Positions 17,552-25,755 of a stretch of 64,000 nucleotides of DNA are shown piece after piece. The DNA comes from Candidatus Norongarragalinales archaeon (GTDB lineage: Archaea; Micrarchaeota; Micrarchaeia; Norongarragalinales; Norongarragalinaceae): contig JAWABJ010000001.1 of the NCBI GenBank assembly GCA_038884755.1, positions 153,792 to 217,791 of the forward strand, written 5' to 3'. How positions within the stretch are numbered: the stretch's first letter is position 1; every line of letters starts with the position of its first letter. The position numbers and the translations under genes are program-made. Under the pieces are notes generated by a model. The model was not told where the DNA came from. It did not search any database and saw only the letters and a program-made list of their open reading frames with translations.

Positions 17552-19489
17552 TCACTTCCGCTTGACTTCGTAAATTTCGTAGTCTAAGTCGTTTATTGTT
17601 TTTTTGTATATTAACTTGAAAAGCGGGGAGGCGCGTATCGCGGTTTCGTTCAGCCCTTTGAACCTGCGTTCGTTGCTGGGAATGAGTGAAACGTGCGTTA
17701 TGCCGTATTTCCTTATGACTTCGTCCATTCTTTTTCCCGAGTAGAAGTCGTATTGGTTTGTCGCCCGTTCGTACCAATCGCTTCTTCCCTTGACCCACCC
17801 TACCGCGGGAAACCCGAGCATTCTTACCCTGCCTACGAGGTCGAAAGCGTGAGGGCCGTCGAAAGCGATGACGACCGCGTCAGGCGGGAGGATTGCATTC
17901 GCGTCTTTCGCGAATTCTATGTCGGCGCGTCCGTAGAGCGAAAGCTGGTTCCAAGCGTCCTTCTGGATTGAAAGGGCGCCCGGGAGTATTGCCGCTGCCA
18001 GAATAACAACCGCTGCCGCAGGCGGAATGAAGTTTAGCAAAGCCGTTTCGTTTTTTTTTCCTTTGCGCACTGGAAACCGGAATTCGAAAAGCCGTGCGAG
18101 GGCGATTGCCCCCAAAGCAAAAGTAGGAATTTGCCACAGGTTGACGAGCTTCATGTTGTTCATGTAGTCGGGCGAAAAGCGGAACATGCTGAACGCAAGG
18201 AAAAGCGGAACGAACGCAACGTAATACTTGCGCACGGTTTTTGGGGAAGTGAAAAACGCGCTTAGCGCGAGCAGCAGGGGAAGCCCCATGTTTTGCACCC
18301 AAAACCACGCTATGTCGACGGGGTTTTGCGAAAGCGCCCTCCACCCTATTTCCAACGCCACGTAACTGTTGGAAGTGGAGGGCTCGAGCCACGCGTACGT
18401 TTGCACCGCGCCCAAAACCAAGGCGGGCGCGAAAAACCACGCCCATTTCCTGCTCCTGTAAATCACGAACAGTGCGCCTGCGGTCAGCACGCACGCTATG
18501 AACGCGGCTTCACGCATTAGCGGAAGAAAGCCCGCGAGTACCCCGCTCGCGAAAAGCATTTTGTTCAACCGCTTTTGTTGCCTTTCGGGAGTTTTCGCGG
18601 TCTCGAACTGCCTGGCTATTTCGAAAAGCATTATGAACACGACTACCGCGACGGTATACCCGAAGTTGCTTGCCCTCTGCCTCGCCAAGTGCGATTTGAA
18701 AAACTGGATTATGTGGCCCACCCACGGGTTTTCTATCAGCGCGGCGTAATCCCTGTCCGGATTTTCAAGCCACTCGCCTACGCTCGCGTGCTTTTGCGCG
18801 TCTTCAAGCATCATTCCGTAAGACATGCTGCCGGAGAAAAAGAGGAACAAGACGGCGACGATTGCCGCGTTTTTGCTTGAACCCAAGCGAAACGCGAGGA
18901 AGTAGACGCACGCGAAAAACGCGATTATCATTATCAGTGCCGGGACTGCGAACGCGAGAGTGAAAGGCATTTCAAGCCTTTCCAGCACTCCCGAGTACAA
19001 GTCTATCAAGAACGGGTAGTTGAGCGGAACGCCTGCGTACTGCGGGTCTTGCGGAGGCACTATGTGATTGTATGCAAAGTATTTCTCGATGTTGACGTGG
19101 TAGTACGTGTCCTGCCAGAACAACGCGCTCACTTCGTAATTCAAGCTCTTGTTCACGTGCACTGCGCCGTACGAAAACAAGACTATTATAAGGAGTATTA
19201 CGGGCGCCATTCTCAGCCAAAACCCGGAGTCCCACCCTTTTTCGAAAGCGCGCCCTCCCCCTCCCCGCAGCAACGCGACCGCAGCCATTGCAAGAGCAGC
19301 AAGCGCGGCGTAGTGCGCTTGCGCGCCGAAAGCGAAAAAAGAGGCGTAAGCCACGACCGAAGCGAGCGGCAGGCCTATCGCAATCGAAAAGAAGATTTGC
19401 TCTTCGCGAGTTTTCGCAAGCCCGATTTTCTTTTCTACTGCAAACCCGAAGAGTATAGAGAACAGGATAAAAAGAATGCCGAGAATCAT
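17552..19489 (-). CDS. large polytopic membrane protein, GT-C-like glycosyltransferase candidate (paralog A)
   Basis: 645 aa with about 13 TM helices and a roughly 120-aa C-terminal soluble domain. It is a paralog of 35793..37670 (for example LFASGVLAGFLPLMREAAF...RSRKW versus LFAAGVLAGLLPLAHAHS...SVRKW). It is co-oriented with the Dol-P-sugar synthase. Confidence 0.55.
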   Translation of the reverse strand: MILGILFILFSILFGFAVEKKIGLAKTREEQIFFSIAIGLPLASVVAYASFFAFGAQAHYAALAALAMAAVALLRGGGGRAFEKGWDSGFWLRMAPVILLIIVLFSYGAVHVNKSLNYEVSALFWQDTYYHVNIEKYFAYNHIVPPQDPQYAGVPLNYPFLIDLYSGVLERLEMPFTLAFAVPALIMIIAFFACVYFLAFRLGSSKNAAIVAVLFLFFSGSMSYGMMLEDAQKHASVGEWLENPDRDYAALIENPWVGHIIQFFKSHLARQRASNFGYTVAVVVFIMLFEIARQFETAKTPERQQKRLNKMLFASGVLAGFLPLMREAAFIACVLTAGALFVIYRSRKWAWFFAPALVLGAVQTYAWLEPSTSNSYVALEIGWRALSQNPVDIAWFWVQNMGLPLLLALSAFFTSPKTVRKYYVAFVPLFLAFSMFRFSPDYMNNMKLVNLWQIPTFALGAIALARLFEFRFPVRKGKKNETALLNFIPPAAAVVILAAAILPGALSIQKDAWNQLSLYGRADIEFAKDANAILPPDAVVIAFDGPHAFDLVGRVRMLGFPAVGWVKGRSDWYERATNQYDFYSGKRMDEVIRKYGITHVSLIPSNERRFKGLNETAIRASPLFKLIYKKTINDLDYEIYEVKRK

Positions 19490-19577
19490 TATACCACTCG
19501 AATGTAAGATGAACGGGAGTATTGCTTAAAAACAAGTGCGAGTCCGTTTCAGCATTCGATTGGAATGGTGGTTTTGA

Positions 19578-19741
19578 ATGACTAGGGTGTTTCAAAAGGG
19601 AGTCAAGGCGAAAATAATTTCAGGAAGAAGGAAAGGGCAGATTGTCGAAATAACGGAAGTGGTGGACAACTCCTTCGTGAAAATAAAGACTGCGAAAGGC
19701 AAAGAGCGGAAGATGAATGCGAAGCACCTGCAGCCTGCTTG
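19578..19741 (+). CDS. rpl14e: 50S ribosomal protein L14e (eL14), short form
   Basis: 54 aa MTRVFQKGVKAKIISGRRKGQIVEITEVVDNSFVKIKTAKGKERKMNAKHLQPA, a KOW motif like Sulfolobus L14e (GRICVKTRGREAGKKCVIVDIID.NFVLV...RVNILHIEP). The L14e-(cmk)-cbf5 neighbourhood matches. Confidence 0.7.
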
Positions 19742-19752
19742 AGCTTTTTGAT

Positions 19753-19911
19753 AAAACTTTTTCGCAAAAAGTTTTCTTTTTCCGAATCTTTCTTTGTTGA
19801 AGCGTTCTTTTCTTTACTCAATTTTTCTTTTCCTAAAAGAAAAATTGGAGGGCTCGGTAGTCGTAATCTCATCATTCCGTTTTTTGATCAAACTTTTTAT
19901 AAAAAAGTTTG
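19753..19911 (+). repeat. three AT-palindromic hairpins in the L14e-cbf5 spacer (members of the window-wide hairpin family)
   Basis: 19753-19775 AAAACTTTTTCGCAAAAAGTTTT; 19819-19847 CAATTTTTCTTTTCCTAAAAGAAAAATTG; 19889-19911 CAAACTTTTTATAAAAAAGTTTG. Confidence 0.7.
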
Positions 19912-19988
19912 TCAGAGTCAAGCCTTTATCTTCATAGCCCAATTACTTATTGAATATCTTAAACTATTATCTGTTTTCGTGGGTAGAA

Positions 19989-20912
19989 ATGATCGGTTTG
20001 CGCAAGGGCGACGGCAATTACGGCAAAAAGCCGAGCGAACGCACTCTTGACGAAAAGCTGCGCAAGGGCGTATTTGTTTTGGATAAGCCTTGCGGTCCTT
20101 CCTCCCACGAGGCTGCCGCGTTCGTGCGCAAGATTTTGGGTTTGAAGAAAGCTGGGCACAGCGGGACGCTGGATGCGAACGTTTCCGGCGTGCTGCCTGT
20201 TTTCCTCGAGGAGGCGACCAAGGCAGTACGGTATTTTCTCGGCGAGCGCAAGAAATACGTTTGCATAATGCGTTTGAACGAAAGGAAAAGTGCGAAGGAA
20301 ATCGAAGATGCTTTTTCGCATTTTAAAGGAAAAATCTACCAAAAGCCTCCTTTGGCGAGTGCTGTTGCTAAGAAACTGCGAGTGCGCGAAGTGTTCGGGT
20401 TGCGCGTGCTGGAAATCGACGGGAAGGACGTCTTGTTCGAGTGCGATGTGGAAGGCGGATTTTACGTGCGCAAGCTTTGCGCTGACGTGGGGGAGGTTTT
20501 GGGGTGCGGGGCGGCAATGCTGGAGCTGCGCAGGACTTACGCGGCCGGGTTTACCGAAGCGAAGGCGCATTCGCTGCAGGACTTGAGCGACGCGTTTTGG
20601 CTGTGGAAAGAGGTGGGAAACTCAAAAACGTTGGACGAGATGGTTTTCAATCTGGAAGACGTTTTGCATTTGAAGAAAGTCGTCGTGGACGATGGTGCGT
20701 TAAAACCAATTTCCACCGGCGCGAACCTCGCGATTCCTGGCATAGTTGAAATGGACGATTCGATTGAAAAAGGCGAGAGCGTGCAAGTTTTGAGCGGAAA
20801 GGGAGAGGTAATCTGTTTTGCCAAAGCATTGTTCAGTTCGAAGGAAATAGCCGAGAAGGAAAGGAAGGGGCATGGTGGTTTGGCGTTCGACATCGAACGC
20901 GTTTTGCTTTGA
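19989..20912 (+). CDS. cbf5: tRNA/rRNA pseudouridine synthase Cbf5 (TruB family, H/ACA RNP catalytic subunit)
   Basis: About 307 aa from MIGLRKGDGNYGKKPSE. It has TruB motifs VLDKPCGPSSHEAAAFVRKIL and AGHSGTLDANVSGVLPV, and a C-terminal PUA-like region. Confidence 0.85.
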   Translation: MIGLRKGDGNYGKKPSERTLDEKLRKGVFVLDKPCGPSSHEAAAFVRKILGLKKAGHSGTLDANVSGVLPVFLEEATKAVRYFLGERKKYVCIMRLNERKSAKEIEDAFSHFKGKIYQKPPLASAVAKKLRVREVFGLRVLEIDGKDVLFECDVEGGFYVRKLCADVGEVLGCGAAMLELRRTYAAGFTEAKAHSLQDLSDAFWLWKEVGNSKTLDEMVFNLEDVLHLKKVVVDDGALKPISTGANLAIPGIVEMDDSIEKGESVQVLSGKGEVICFAKALFSSKEIAEKERKGHGGLAFDIERVLL

Positions 20913-21040
20913 GTTTTTTTGCGCATCGAAAGGGTTTTTAAATCGGTGTAGAATAGTGTTATACTGGAAAATTAAAGGCTCACGGAGCTCTCTGTTTTTC
21001 CCGAAGGTTTTTAACCGCGAGAAAGCAAATTCTTTCTTGC

Positions 21041-21236
21041 GCCGGGATGGCAGAGTGGTTAATGCGCACGCTTGGAAAGTCTTTTTCTGGTTGCTCTTTT
21101 TCGAGCGTACCGAAAACTTCCCTTACAGCGTGTGGCCGAAAGGCCTCCTGAGTTCGAAAGCTTTTCTTTCTTTGCAAAAGAAAGAAAACCTTGGAAAAGA
21201 AAGAAAACGCGAGAGACGAGATTCTCAGTCCCGGCG
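21041..21236 (+). tRNA. tRNA-Ser (anticodon GGA), type II, with two introns (about 49 nt at 37/38 and about 64 nt in the T-loop)
   Basis: Acceptor GCCGGGA/TCCCGGC plus discriminator G; D-arm GCA/TGC; anticodon stem CACGC/GCGTG with loop TTGGAA|A; long variable arm T-GGCC-GAAA-GGCC-TC; T-arm CTGAG-TTCGAA|T-CTCAG. Intron 1 spans about 21078-21126 and intron 2 about 21160-21223. Confidence 0.7.
21162..21188 (+). repeat. hairpin-family copy inside the T-loop intron of tRNA-Ser
   Basis: CTTTTCTTTCTTTGCAAAAGAAAGAAAA, followed by CCTTGGAAAAGAAAGAAAACG. Confidence 0.7.
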
Positions 21237-21261
21237 CTTTCGCTTTACAATAGTTTAAACG

Positions 21262-21933
21262 GTGTCATCGAGTTTGGCTGACGACAAGTCTGTAAAGAAG
21301 GAACAAAACGTAAGGACAGAGCAAAAGAAAAGCTCTTTTCAACCCCAGCCGCAGCTTCCTTCGAAACTCGTCAAGCGCAAGGACAAGGAGTCGAAAGACT
21401 TTCGCGGGATAGTGCGCGTTGTAGGACGGGACGTTGACGGGCACTTGACTGTCGCCGAGTCGTTAAGGAAAGTGAAAGGGCTCGGGTACAATCTGGGGAC
21501 CAACCTCGGCGGGATTGTTTCGACCAAACTCGGCATTCCTTTGAGTGAATTGATCGGAAACCTTTCCGAAGAGCAGTTCGTAAAGCTTGAAGATGTCGTG
21601 CGTTTTCCGCAGAATTATGGAGTGAAATCGTTTTTGCTCAACCGCCAGAAGGATTACGATTCTGGAGAGAATAAGCATTTGGTGATGTCCGACTTGACTT
21701 TCTCCCTGCGTCAGGATGTCGTGAGAGAACGGGATTCGAAGACCTACCGGGGATGGAGGCACGCGATCGGACAGAGAGTGCGCGGGCAGCACTCGCGCAC
21801 TACCGGCAGGAGCGGAATGGCCGTGGGCGTTTTGAAGAAGGCGATCAAGGCACAGAAAGCCGCGGCAGCGACCGGCGCGCAGGAAAAGTCTTCCACCGCG
21901 CCAGCGGCTGCGAAGGAAGAGAAGAAAAAGTGA
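21262..21933 (+). CDS. rps13: 30S ribosomal protein S13 (uS13) with N-terminal K-rich extension and C-terminal A/K-rich tail; start uncertain (GTG)
   Basis: Core IVRVVGRDVDGHLTVAESLRKVKGLGYNLG...RGWRHAIGQRVRGQHSRTTGRSG. It is preceded by about 48 extra residues starting at GTG 21262, which lies 26 nt after tRNA-Ser. Confidence 0.8.
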   Translation: MSSSLADDKSVKKEQNVRTEQKKSSFQPQPQLPSKLVKRKDKESKDFRGIVRVVGRDVDGHLTVAESLRKVKGLGYNLGTNLGGIVSTKLGIPLSELIGNLSEEQFVKLEDVVRFPQNYGVKSFLLNRQKDYDSGENKHLVMSDLTFSLRQDVVRERDSKTYRGWRHAIGQRVRGQHSRTTGRSGMAVGVLKKAIKAQKAAAATGAQEKSSTAPAAAKEEKKK

Positions 21934-21956
21934 TTTTTGCTTTTGAAGTGATTTGA

Positions 21957-22517
21957 ATGGGAGACCCTGTCAGGAAATCAAAGAAATTCGAAAAGCCTAA
22001 AAGACTGTGGGACAAGCCCAGAATCGAGGCGGAAAAGGCCTTGAGGAACGAATTCGGGCTGAAGAACGCGCGGGAATTGTGGAGAATGCAGACTTTGCTC
22101 AGGCGCATCAGGCGCGAGGCGCGGAGGCTTTTGAGCGGCAAGGGCTCGCAGGCCGAAGAGCGGGCGAAGAAACTCCTGTCGCGCGTGCAGCGGTTGTTTT
22201 TACAGAAGGCGGACGCGACGCTGGACGACTTGCTTTCGCTGAACGTCAAGGACATTTTGAGCCGAAGGCTGCAGAGCGTGGTGGTGCGAAAGGGTTTCGC
22301 GAAGACCATGCATCAGGCCAGGCAGTTCATCACGCACGGGCACATTTCCATAGGCGGGAGGAAAGTTTCCGCGCCTTCGTACCTGGTTTCTTTCGACGAG
22401 GAATCGAAAGTGGAATGGTTCAAGAAGCCCGTTGCCGTCGAGCAAAAGCCGGTCGTTGCAGAAGCGGCCGAAGGCAAGGAAAAGGAGAAAGTTGAGAGCG
22501 TGAGTGCGAATGGCTGA
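21957..22517 (+). CDS. rps4: 30S ribosomal protein S4 (uS4/S9e)
   Basis: 186 aa [43 protein letters not shown]...[18 protein letters not shown]. Confidence 0.9.
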   Translation: MGDPVRKSKKFEKPKRLWDKPRIEAEKALRNEFGLKNARELWRMQTLLRRIRREARRLLSGKGSQAEERAKKLLSRVQRLFLQKADATLDDLLSLNVKDILSRRLQSVVVRKGFAKTMHQARQFITHGHISIGGRKVSAPSYLVSFDEESKVEWFKKPVAVEQKPVVAEAAEGKEKEKVESVSANG

Positions 22518-22977
22518 AACGGCATCGCTTCCAAAGCAAGAGGAGATGCGCGAGAGGCGCAGTCATTTTGACGACCGCAGGGTTTTGCTTACCGAAGGGA
22601 AATGGGGGGTTGCTCACGTTTTCTCTTCTAAAAATGATACGATAATCACGATTACGGACTTGAGCGGCGCTGAAACGATTTCGACCGGAAGCGGAGGCAT
22701 GATAGTCAAGAGCGACCGCGAAGAGGGAAGCCCTTACGCTGCTATGCAAGCCGCTTTCCGCGCTTCTGCCAAGGCGAAAGAACGCGGGGTTGTCGGAGTG
22801 CACGTGCGCGTTCGCGCGCCCGGCGGGCACCGCTCGAAAACTCCCGGCCCAGGCGCGCAGGCGGCGATACGCGCGTTGGCGAGAAGCGGGCTGCGAATAG
22901 GAAAAATAGAAGACGTCACTCCCTTGCCTACGGACACTACGAAGCGCAAGGGCGGAAAAAGGGGAAGGAGAGTTTAA
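22510..22977 (+). CDS. rps11: 30S ribosomal protein S11 (uS11)
   Basis: [25 protein letters not shown]...AAMQAA...[14 protein letters not shown]...[28 protein letters not shown]. It overlaps the S4 stop by 8 nt. Confidence 0.9.
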   Translation: MAETASLPKQEEMRERRSHFDDRRVLLTEGKWGVAHVFSSKNDTIITITDLSGAETISTGSGGMIVKSDREEGSPYAAMQAAFRASAKAKERGVVGVHVRVRAPGGHRSKTPGPGAQAAIRALARSGLRIGKIEDVTPLPTDTTKRKGGKRGRRV

Positions 22978-22989
22978 GGGGGATTTGCA

Positions 22990-23688
22990 ATGAAGGTTTT
23001 CAGCGAGGACGAGAAGACTCTCGTGTTGGTTTCGGAAAAGGAAACTCCCGCGTTGTTGAACGCAATGCGCAGGGCGGTGATTTCCGAAATCCCAGCGATG
23101 GCAATCAGCGAAGTGGATTTTTACGAGAACAATTCCGCCTTGTTCAACGAGTATTTGGCGAACCGCATGGGCTTGATTCCCTTGAGCTGGGAGGAAGGTG
23201 TGGAAGACGACGTGAAAATGTCATTTTCCTTGAACGCCGAGGCGGTCGAAGAGCCCAAGACCGTGTACAGCCGAGACCTGGTTTCTTCCGACGAGAAAAT
23301 CAAGGTTTATTCGGAAAACATTCCCATTGTAGTATTGAACAAGGGGCAAAAGTTGAGGCTGGAGGCTTTCGCGGTGAAAGGCACTGCGAAAACGCACGCG
23401 CGCTTCCAGAGTGCGTTGGCTTACTACGGGAAGGCAGGAGAGTTCAAGGCGGGAGAAAAGTGCAAGAAATGCTCTTCTCCCCTGGTTTCCTTTCCGGCAA
23501 TAGCGGGAAAGAAAGACTTGCCAGAAAACAGCTTTCTCTGCGCCAATTGCTCCAAGCCAGATGGCGAGGGCAAAGAGTTTTTGTTTGTAGTCGAATCTTT
23601 CAACAACCTTTCGGCGAGAGAGCAGTACGAACGGGCGTTGAAAGTCATGGAGGAAAAAGCCAAGGCTTTGGAAAAAGAATTCAAGTGA
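22990..23688 (+). CDS. rpoD: DNA-directed RNA polymerase subunit D (Rpb3 homolog) with 4-Cys cluster
   Basis: 232 aa in the canonical position after S11. CKKCSS...CANCS matches the [4Fe-4S]/Zn Cys quartet of archaeal RpoD. Confidence 0.85.
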   Translation: MKVFSEDEKTLVLVSEKETPALLNAMRRAVISEIPAMAISEVDFYENNSALFNEYLANRMGLIPLSWEEGVEDDVKMSFSLNAEAVEEPKTVYSRDLVSSDEKIKVYSENIPIVVLNKGQKLRLEAFAVKGTAKTHARFQSALAYYGKAGEFKAGEKCKKCSSPLVSFPAIAGKKDLPENSFLCANCSKPDGEGKEFLFVVESFNNLSAREQYERALKVMEEKAKALEKEFK

Positions 23689-23692
23689 GCGC

Positions 23693-23944
23693 ATGAGGGC
23701 GAGGGTTTTTCCCAACGCAAAAGAGTTTTGCGTTTCGTTCGGCGAAGGCATTTTGAAAGTGCGCGTTTGCGCGCCGGCCGAAGGAGGCCGGGCGAACAAA
23801 GAGCTCGTGCGGATGCTTTCAAAGCTGCTTGGGGTGAAGGTCGAGGTCGTCCGCGGCTTGAAGTCGCGGGATAAAGAGATTTTGTTCGAGGATTTGAGCG
23901 AAAAAGAGGTTGTGGAAAAGGTTAATTCCCTCTCAAGCCAATAA
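23693..23944 (+). CDS. DUF167/UPF0235 (YggU-like) small protein
   Basis: 83 aa ILKVRVCAPAEGGRANKELVRMLSKLLGVKVEVVRGLKSRDKEILFE fits the UPF0235 signature (V.V.A.P..GKAN.ELI..L...LGV.....IV.G..SR.K.I). Confidence 0.6.
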   Translation: MRARVFPNAKEFCVSFGEGILKVRVCAPAEGGRANKELVRMLSKLLGVKVEVVRGLKSRDKEILFEDLSEKEVVEKVNSLSSQ

Positions 23945-23956
23945 GTTTGGTTCTGA

Positions 23957-24041
23957 GCAGGGGTGGCAGAGCCTGGTCAAATGCGCTAGCTTGAGGTGCT
24001 AGTCTCTTAGGAGTTCGGGGGTTCAAATCCCTCCCCCTGCA
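23957..24041 (+). tRNA. tRNA-Leu (anticodon GAG), type II, intron-less
   Basis: Acceptor GCAGGGG/CCCCTGC plus A73; anticodon stem CTAGC/GCTAG with loop TTGAGGT; variable arm TCTCTTAGGAGT; T-arm GGGGG-TTCAAAT-CCCTC. Confidence 0.85.
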
Positions 24042-24042
24042 T

Positions 24043-24085
24043 TGAATTTTTCTTTTAGAAAAAGAAAAATTCAGTAAAGAAAAAC
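24043..24085 (+). repeat. hairpin-family copy immediately 3' of tRNA-Leu
   Basis: TGAATTTTTCTTTTAGAAAAAGAAAAATTCA, followed by GTAAAGAAAAACG. Confidence 0.75.
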
Positions 24086-24114
24086 GAAAATGTTCGAAAA
24101 GAGTTGGAAACAAA

Positions 24115-24486
24115 ATGAAGAAATCCAAATTCAGAGGACCTGAAAGTTCCGAAGTCAAGGCGCTCGTTGCGTTTTTGGAAAAAACCGTGCGCAAGTCGCA
24201 TTCGAGAGCGTGGGCCAGCGTAGCCTCGTTCATGCTGAAGCCCGCGCGCGTGAAGAAAGGCAAGGCGGTTAACTTGTACAAACTGGAAAAAATCGCGAAA
24301 GACGGGGACGTGATAGTTATCCCGGGCGTTTTGCTTGGCGTGGGAGACTTAAAGAAGAAAATTACTGTTGCCGCATTCAAGGCAAGCGAGAGCGCGAGGG
24401 CCAAGCTCGGAAAAAATCTTGTTTCCATAAGGGCGCTGGCGGAGAAAAACCCAGAGGGAAAGAAAGTGAGGATAGTGATAGGCTGA
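24115..24486 (+). CDS. rpl18e: 50S ribosomal protein L18e (eL18)
   Basis: 123 aa in the canonical position upstream of L13. It contains ...DVIVIPGVLLGVGDLKKKITVAAFKASESARAKL... Confidence 0.8.
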   Translation: MKKSKFRGPESSEVKALVAFLEKTVRKSHSRAWASVASFMLKPARVKKGKAVNLYKLEKIAKDGDVIVIPGVLLGVGDLKKKITVAAFKASESARAKLGKNLVSIRALAEKNPEGKKVRIVIG

Positions 24487-24511
24487 TGTTTTTGAGGAAA
24501 GCGTGGTTTGA

Positions 24512-24934
24512 ATGATTGTGATAAACGGGGAGAAAGCGGTTTTCGGTCGCGTGCTGGCGTTTGCAGCCAAGAAGCTTCAGGAAGGAGAGGACGTGGTGGT
24601 CGTAAACGCGGAAAAGACGGTAATTTCCGGAAATCCAGAGCGGATAATAGCGCGTTATCACGCGAAGCGCGGGATATCCAACAAGGGCAATCCCGAGCAC
24701 GCACCAAAATTCCCGGTCCGCCCGGACTTGTTTTTGAAGTACATTTTAAGGGGAATGCTCCCGAAGAAAAAAGCTAGCGGGAAGAAGGCGAGGGAAAAGT
24801 TCAAGGCGTTTTTGGGAATGCCGAAGGAATTCGAAGGAAAGGCGCAAAAGTTTTACAAGACTTCCGAAGACTTGAGCGTAAGCTTCGTTTCGCTCGAGGA
24901 AATCTGCAAGAGGCTAGGCTGGAAGAGGGCTTGA
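24512..24934 (+). CDS. rpl13: 50S ribosomal protein L13 (uL13)
   Basis: MIVINGEKAVFGRVLAFAAKKL...VVVVNAEKTVISGN...YHAKRG... Confidence 0.9.
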   Translation: MIVINGEKAVFGRVLAFAAKKLQEGEDVVVVNAEKTVISGNPERIIARYHAKRGISNKGNPEHAPKFPVRPDLFLKYILRGMLPKKKASGKKAREKFKAFLGMPKEFEGKAQKFYKTSEDLSVSFVSLEEICKRLGWKRA

Positions 24935-24947
24935 CTGTTGGAACGGT

Positions 24948-25403
24948 GTGTTGAAAATGGCTGAAGATGCGGTGAAAAAGGAAGCTAAACCCAAGAAAAT
25001 TCGAAAGAAAAAGCAGGTCGTGGAAAGGGGCAAGCGAAAGGAAGCGATAGCCCGCGCTTCAATCAAGGCAGGAAAGGGCGTGATTCGCGTTAACGGAATA
25101 GCGCTTACTGCGTTTCCCAACCCTTACGCCAGGCAAATCATGGCCGAGCCGCTGTCTTTCTTGGACCAGCAGGATTTCGACATAGACGTTTCGGTCCGCG
25201 GCGGGGGAGTGATGGGGCAGGCGCAGGCAGTGCGCACCGCAATAGCAAGAGCAATCCTGGCGTTCAAGAAGGGCAGCGAAGAGCTGAAAAAAGCGTTCGT
25301 CGATTACGACCGGTTTATTCTTGTCGAAGACGCGAGGCGCGTGGAGCCCAAGAAGTTCAAGGGGCCAAAGGCGCGCGCTCGCTTTACTAAATCATACCGT
25401 TAA
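24948..25403 (+). CDS. rps9: 30S ribosomal protein S9 (uS9)
   Basis: GKRKEAIARASIKAGKGVIRVNG...VSVRGGGVMGQAQAVRTAIARAI...ARARFTKSYR. Confidence 0.9.
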   Translation: MLKMAEDAVKKEAKPKKIRKKKQVVERGKRKEAIARASIKAGKGVIRVNGIALTAFPNPYARQIMAEPLSFLDQQDFDIDVSVRGGGVMGQAQAVRTAIARAILAFKKGSEELKKAFVDYDRFILVEDARRVEPKKFKGPKARARFTKSYR

Positions 25404-25421
25404 AATGGGGTGTTTGTGAAA

Positions 25422-25619
25422 ATGTTGATTCCCGTGCGTTGTTTTACTTGCGGCAAGCCAGTCGCCGAGTATTGGGAGTCTTTCGAAGAGCGCACTTCGA
25501 AAGGTGAGGATGCAGGCAAGGTTTTAAGCGAATTGGGCTTGAACCGTTATTGCTGCAGGAGAATGTTCCTGGGGCAAGTGGACCTGATGGACGAAATCCT
25601 GCCCTACCAGAGGTTTTAA
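25422..25619 (+). CDS. rpoN: DNA-directed RNA polymerase subunit N (Rpb10 homolog)
   Basis: MLIPVRCFTCGKPVAEYWESF...RYCCRRMFLGQVDL, including the CX2C...CC Zn motif. Confidence 0.85.
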   Translation: MLIPVRCFTCGKPVAEYWESFEERTSKGEDAGKVLSELGLNRYCCRRMFLGQVDLMDEILPYQRF

Positions 25620-25648
25620 CTTTTTCTCGACACCCCATTAGTAGAGAT

Positions 25649-25721
25649 GGGGCTGTGGGGTAGCCTGGTATCCTGCATGGCTGGGGGCCATGCGACCTGA
25701 GTTCGAATCTCAGCAGCCCCA
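25649..25721 (+). tRNA. tRNA-Pro (anticodon GGG), intron-less
   Basis: Acceptor GGGGCTG/CAGCCCC plus A; D GGGT/ATCC; anticodon stem CATGG/CCATG with loop CTGGGGG; T-arm CTGAG-TTCGAAT-CTCAG. A T10 tract follows. Confidence 0.85.
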
Positions 25722-25755
25722 CTGTTTTTTTTTCATGCCACCTGAGGCTTCAAAA

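Noticed and set aside
20872-21258. 128-aa ORF spanning the tRNA-Ser region
   Set aside because: It overlaps a well-folding intron-containing tRNA and its hairpin-rich introns; the translation is low-complexity (K/E/R). It was treated as spurious.
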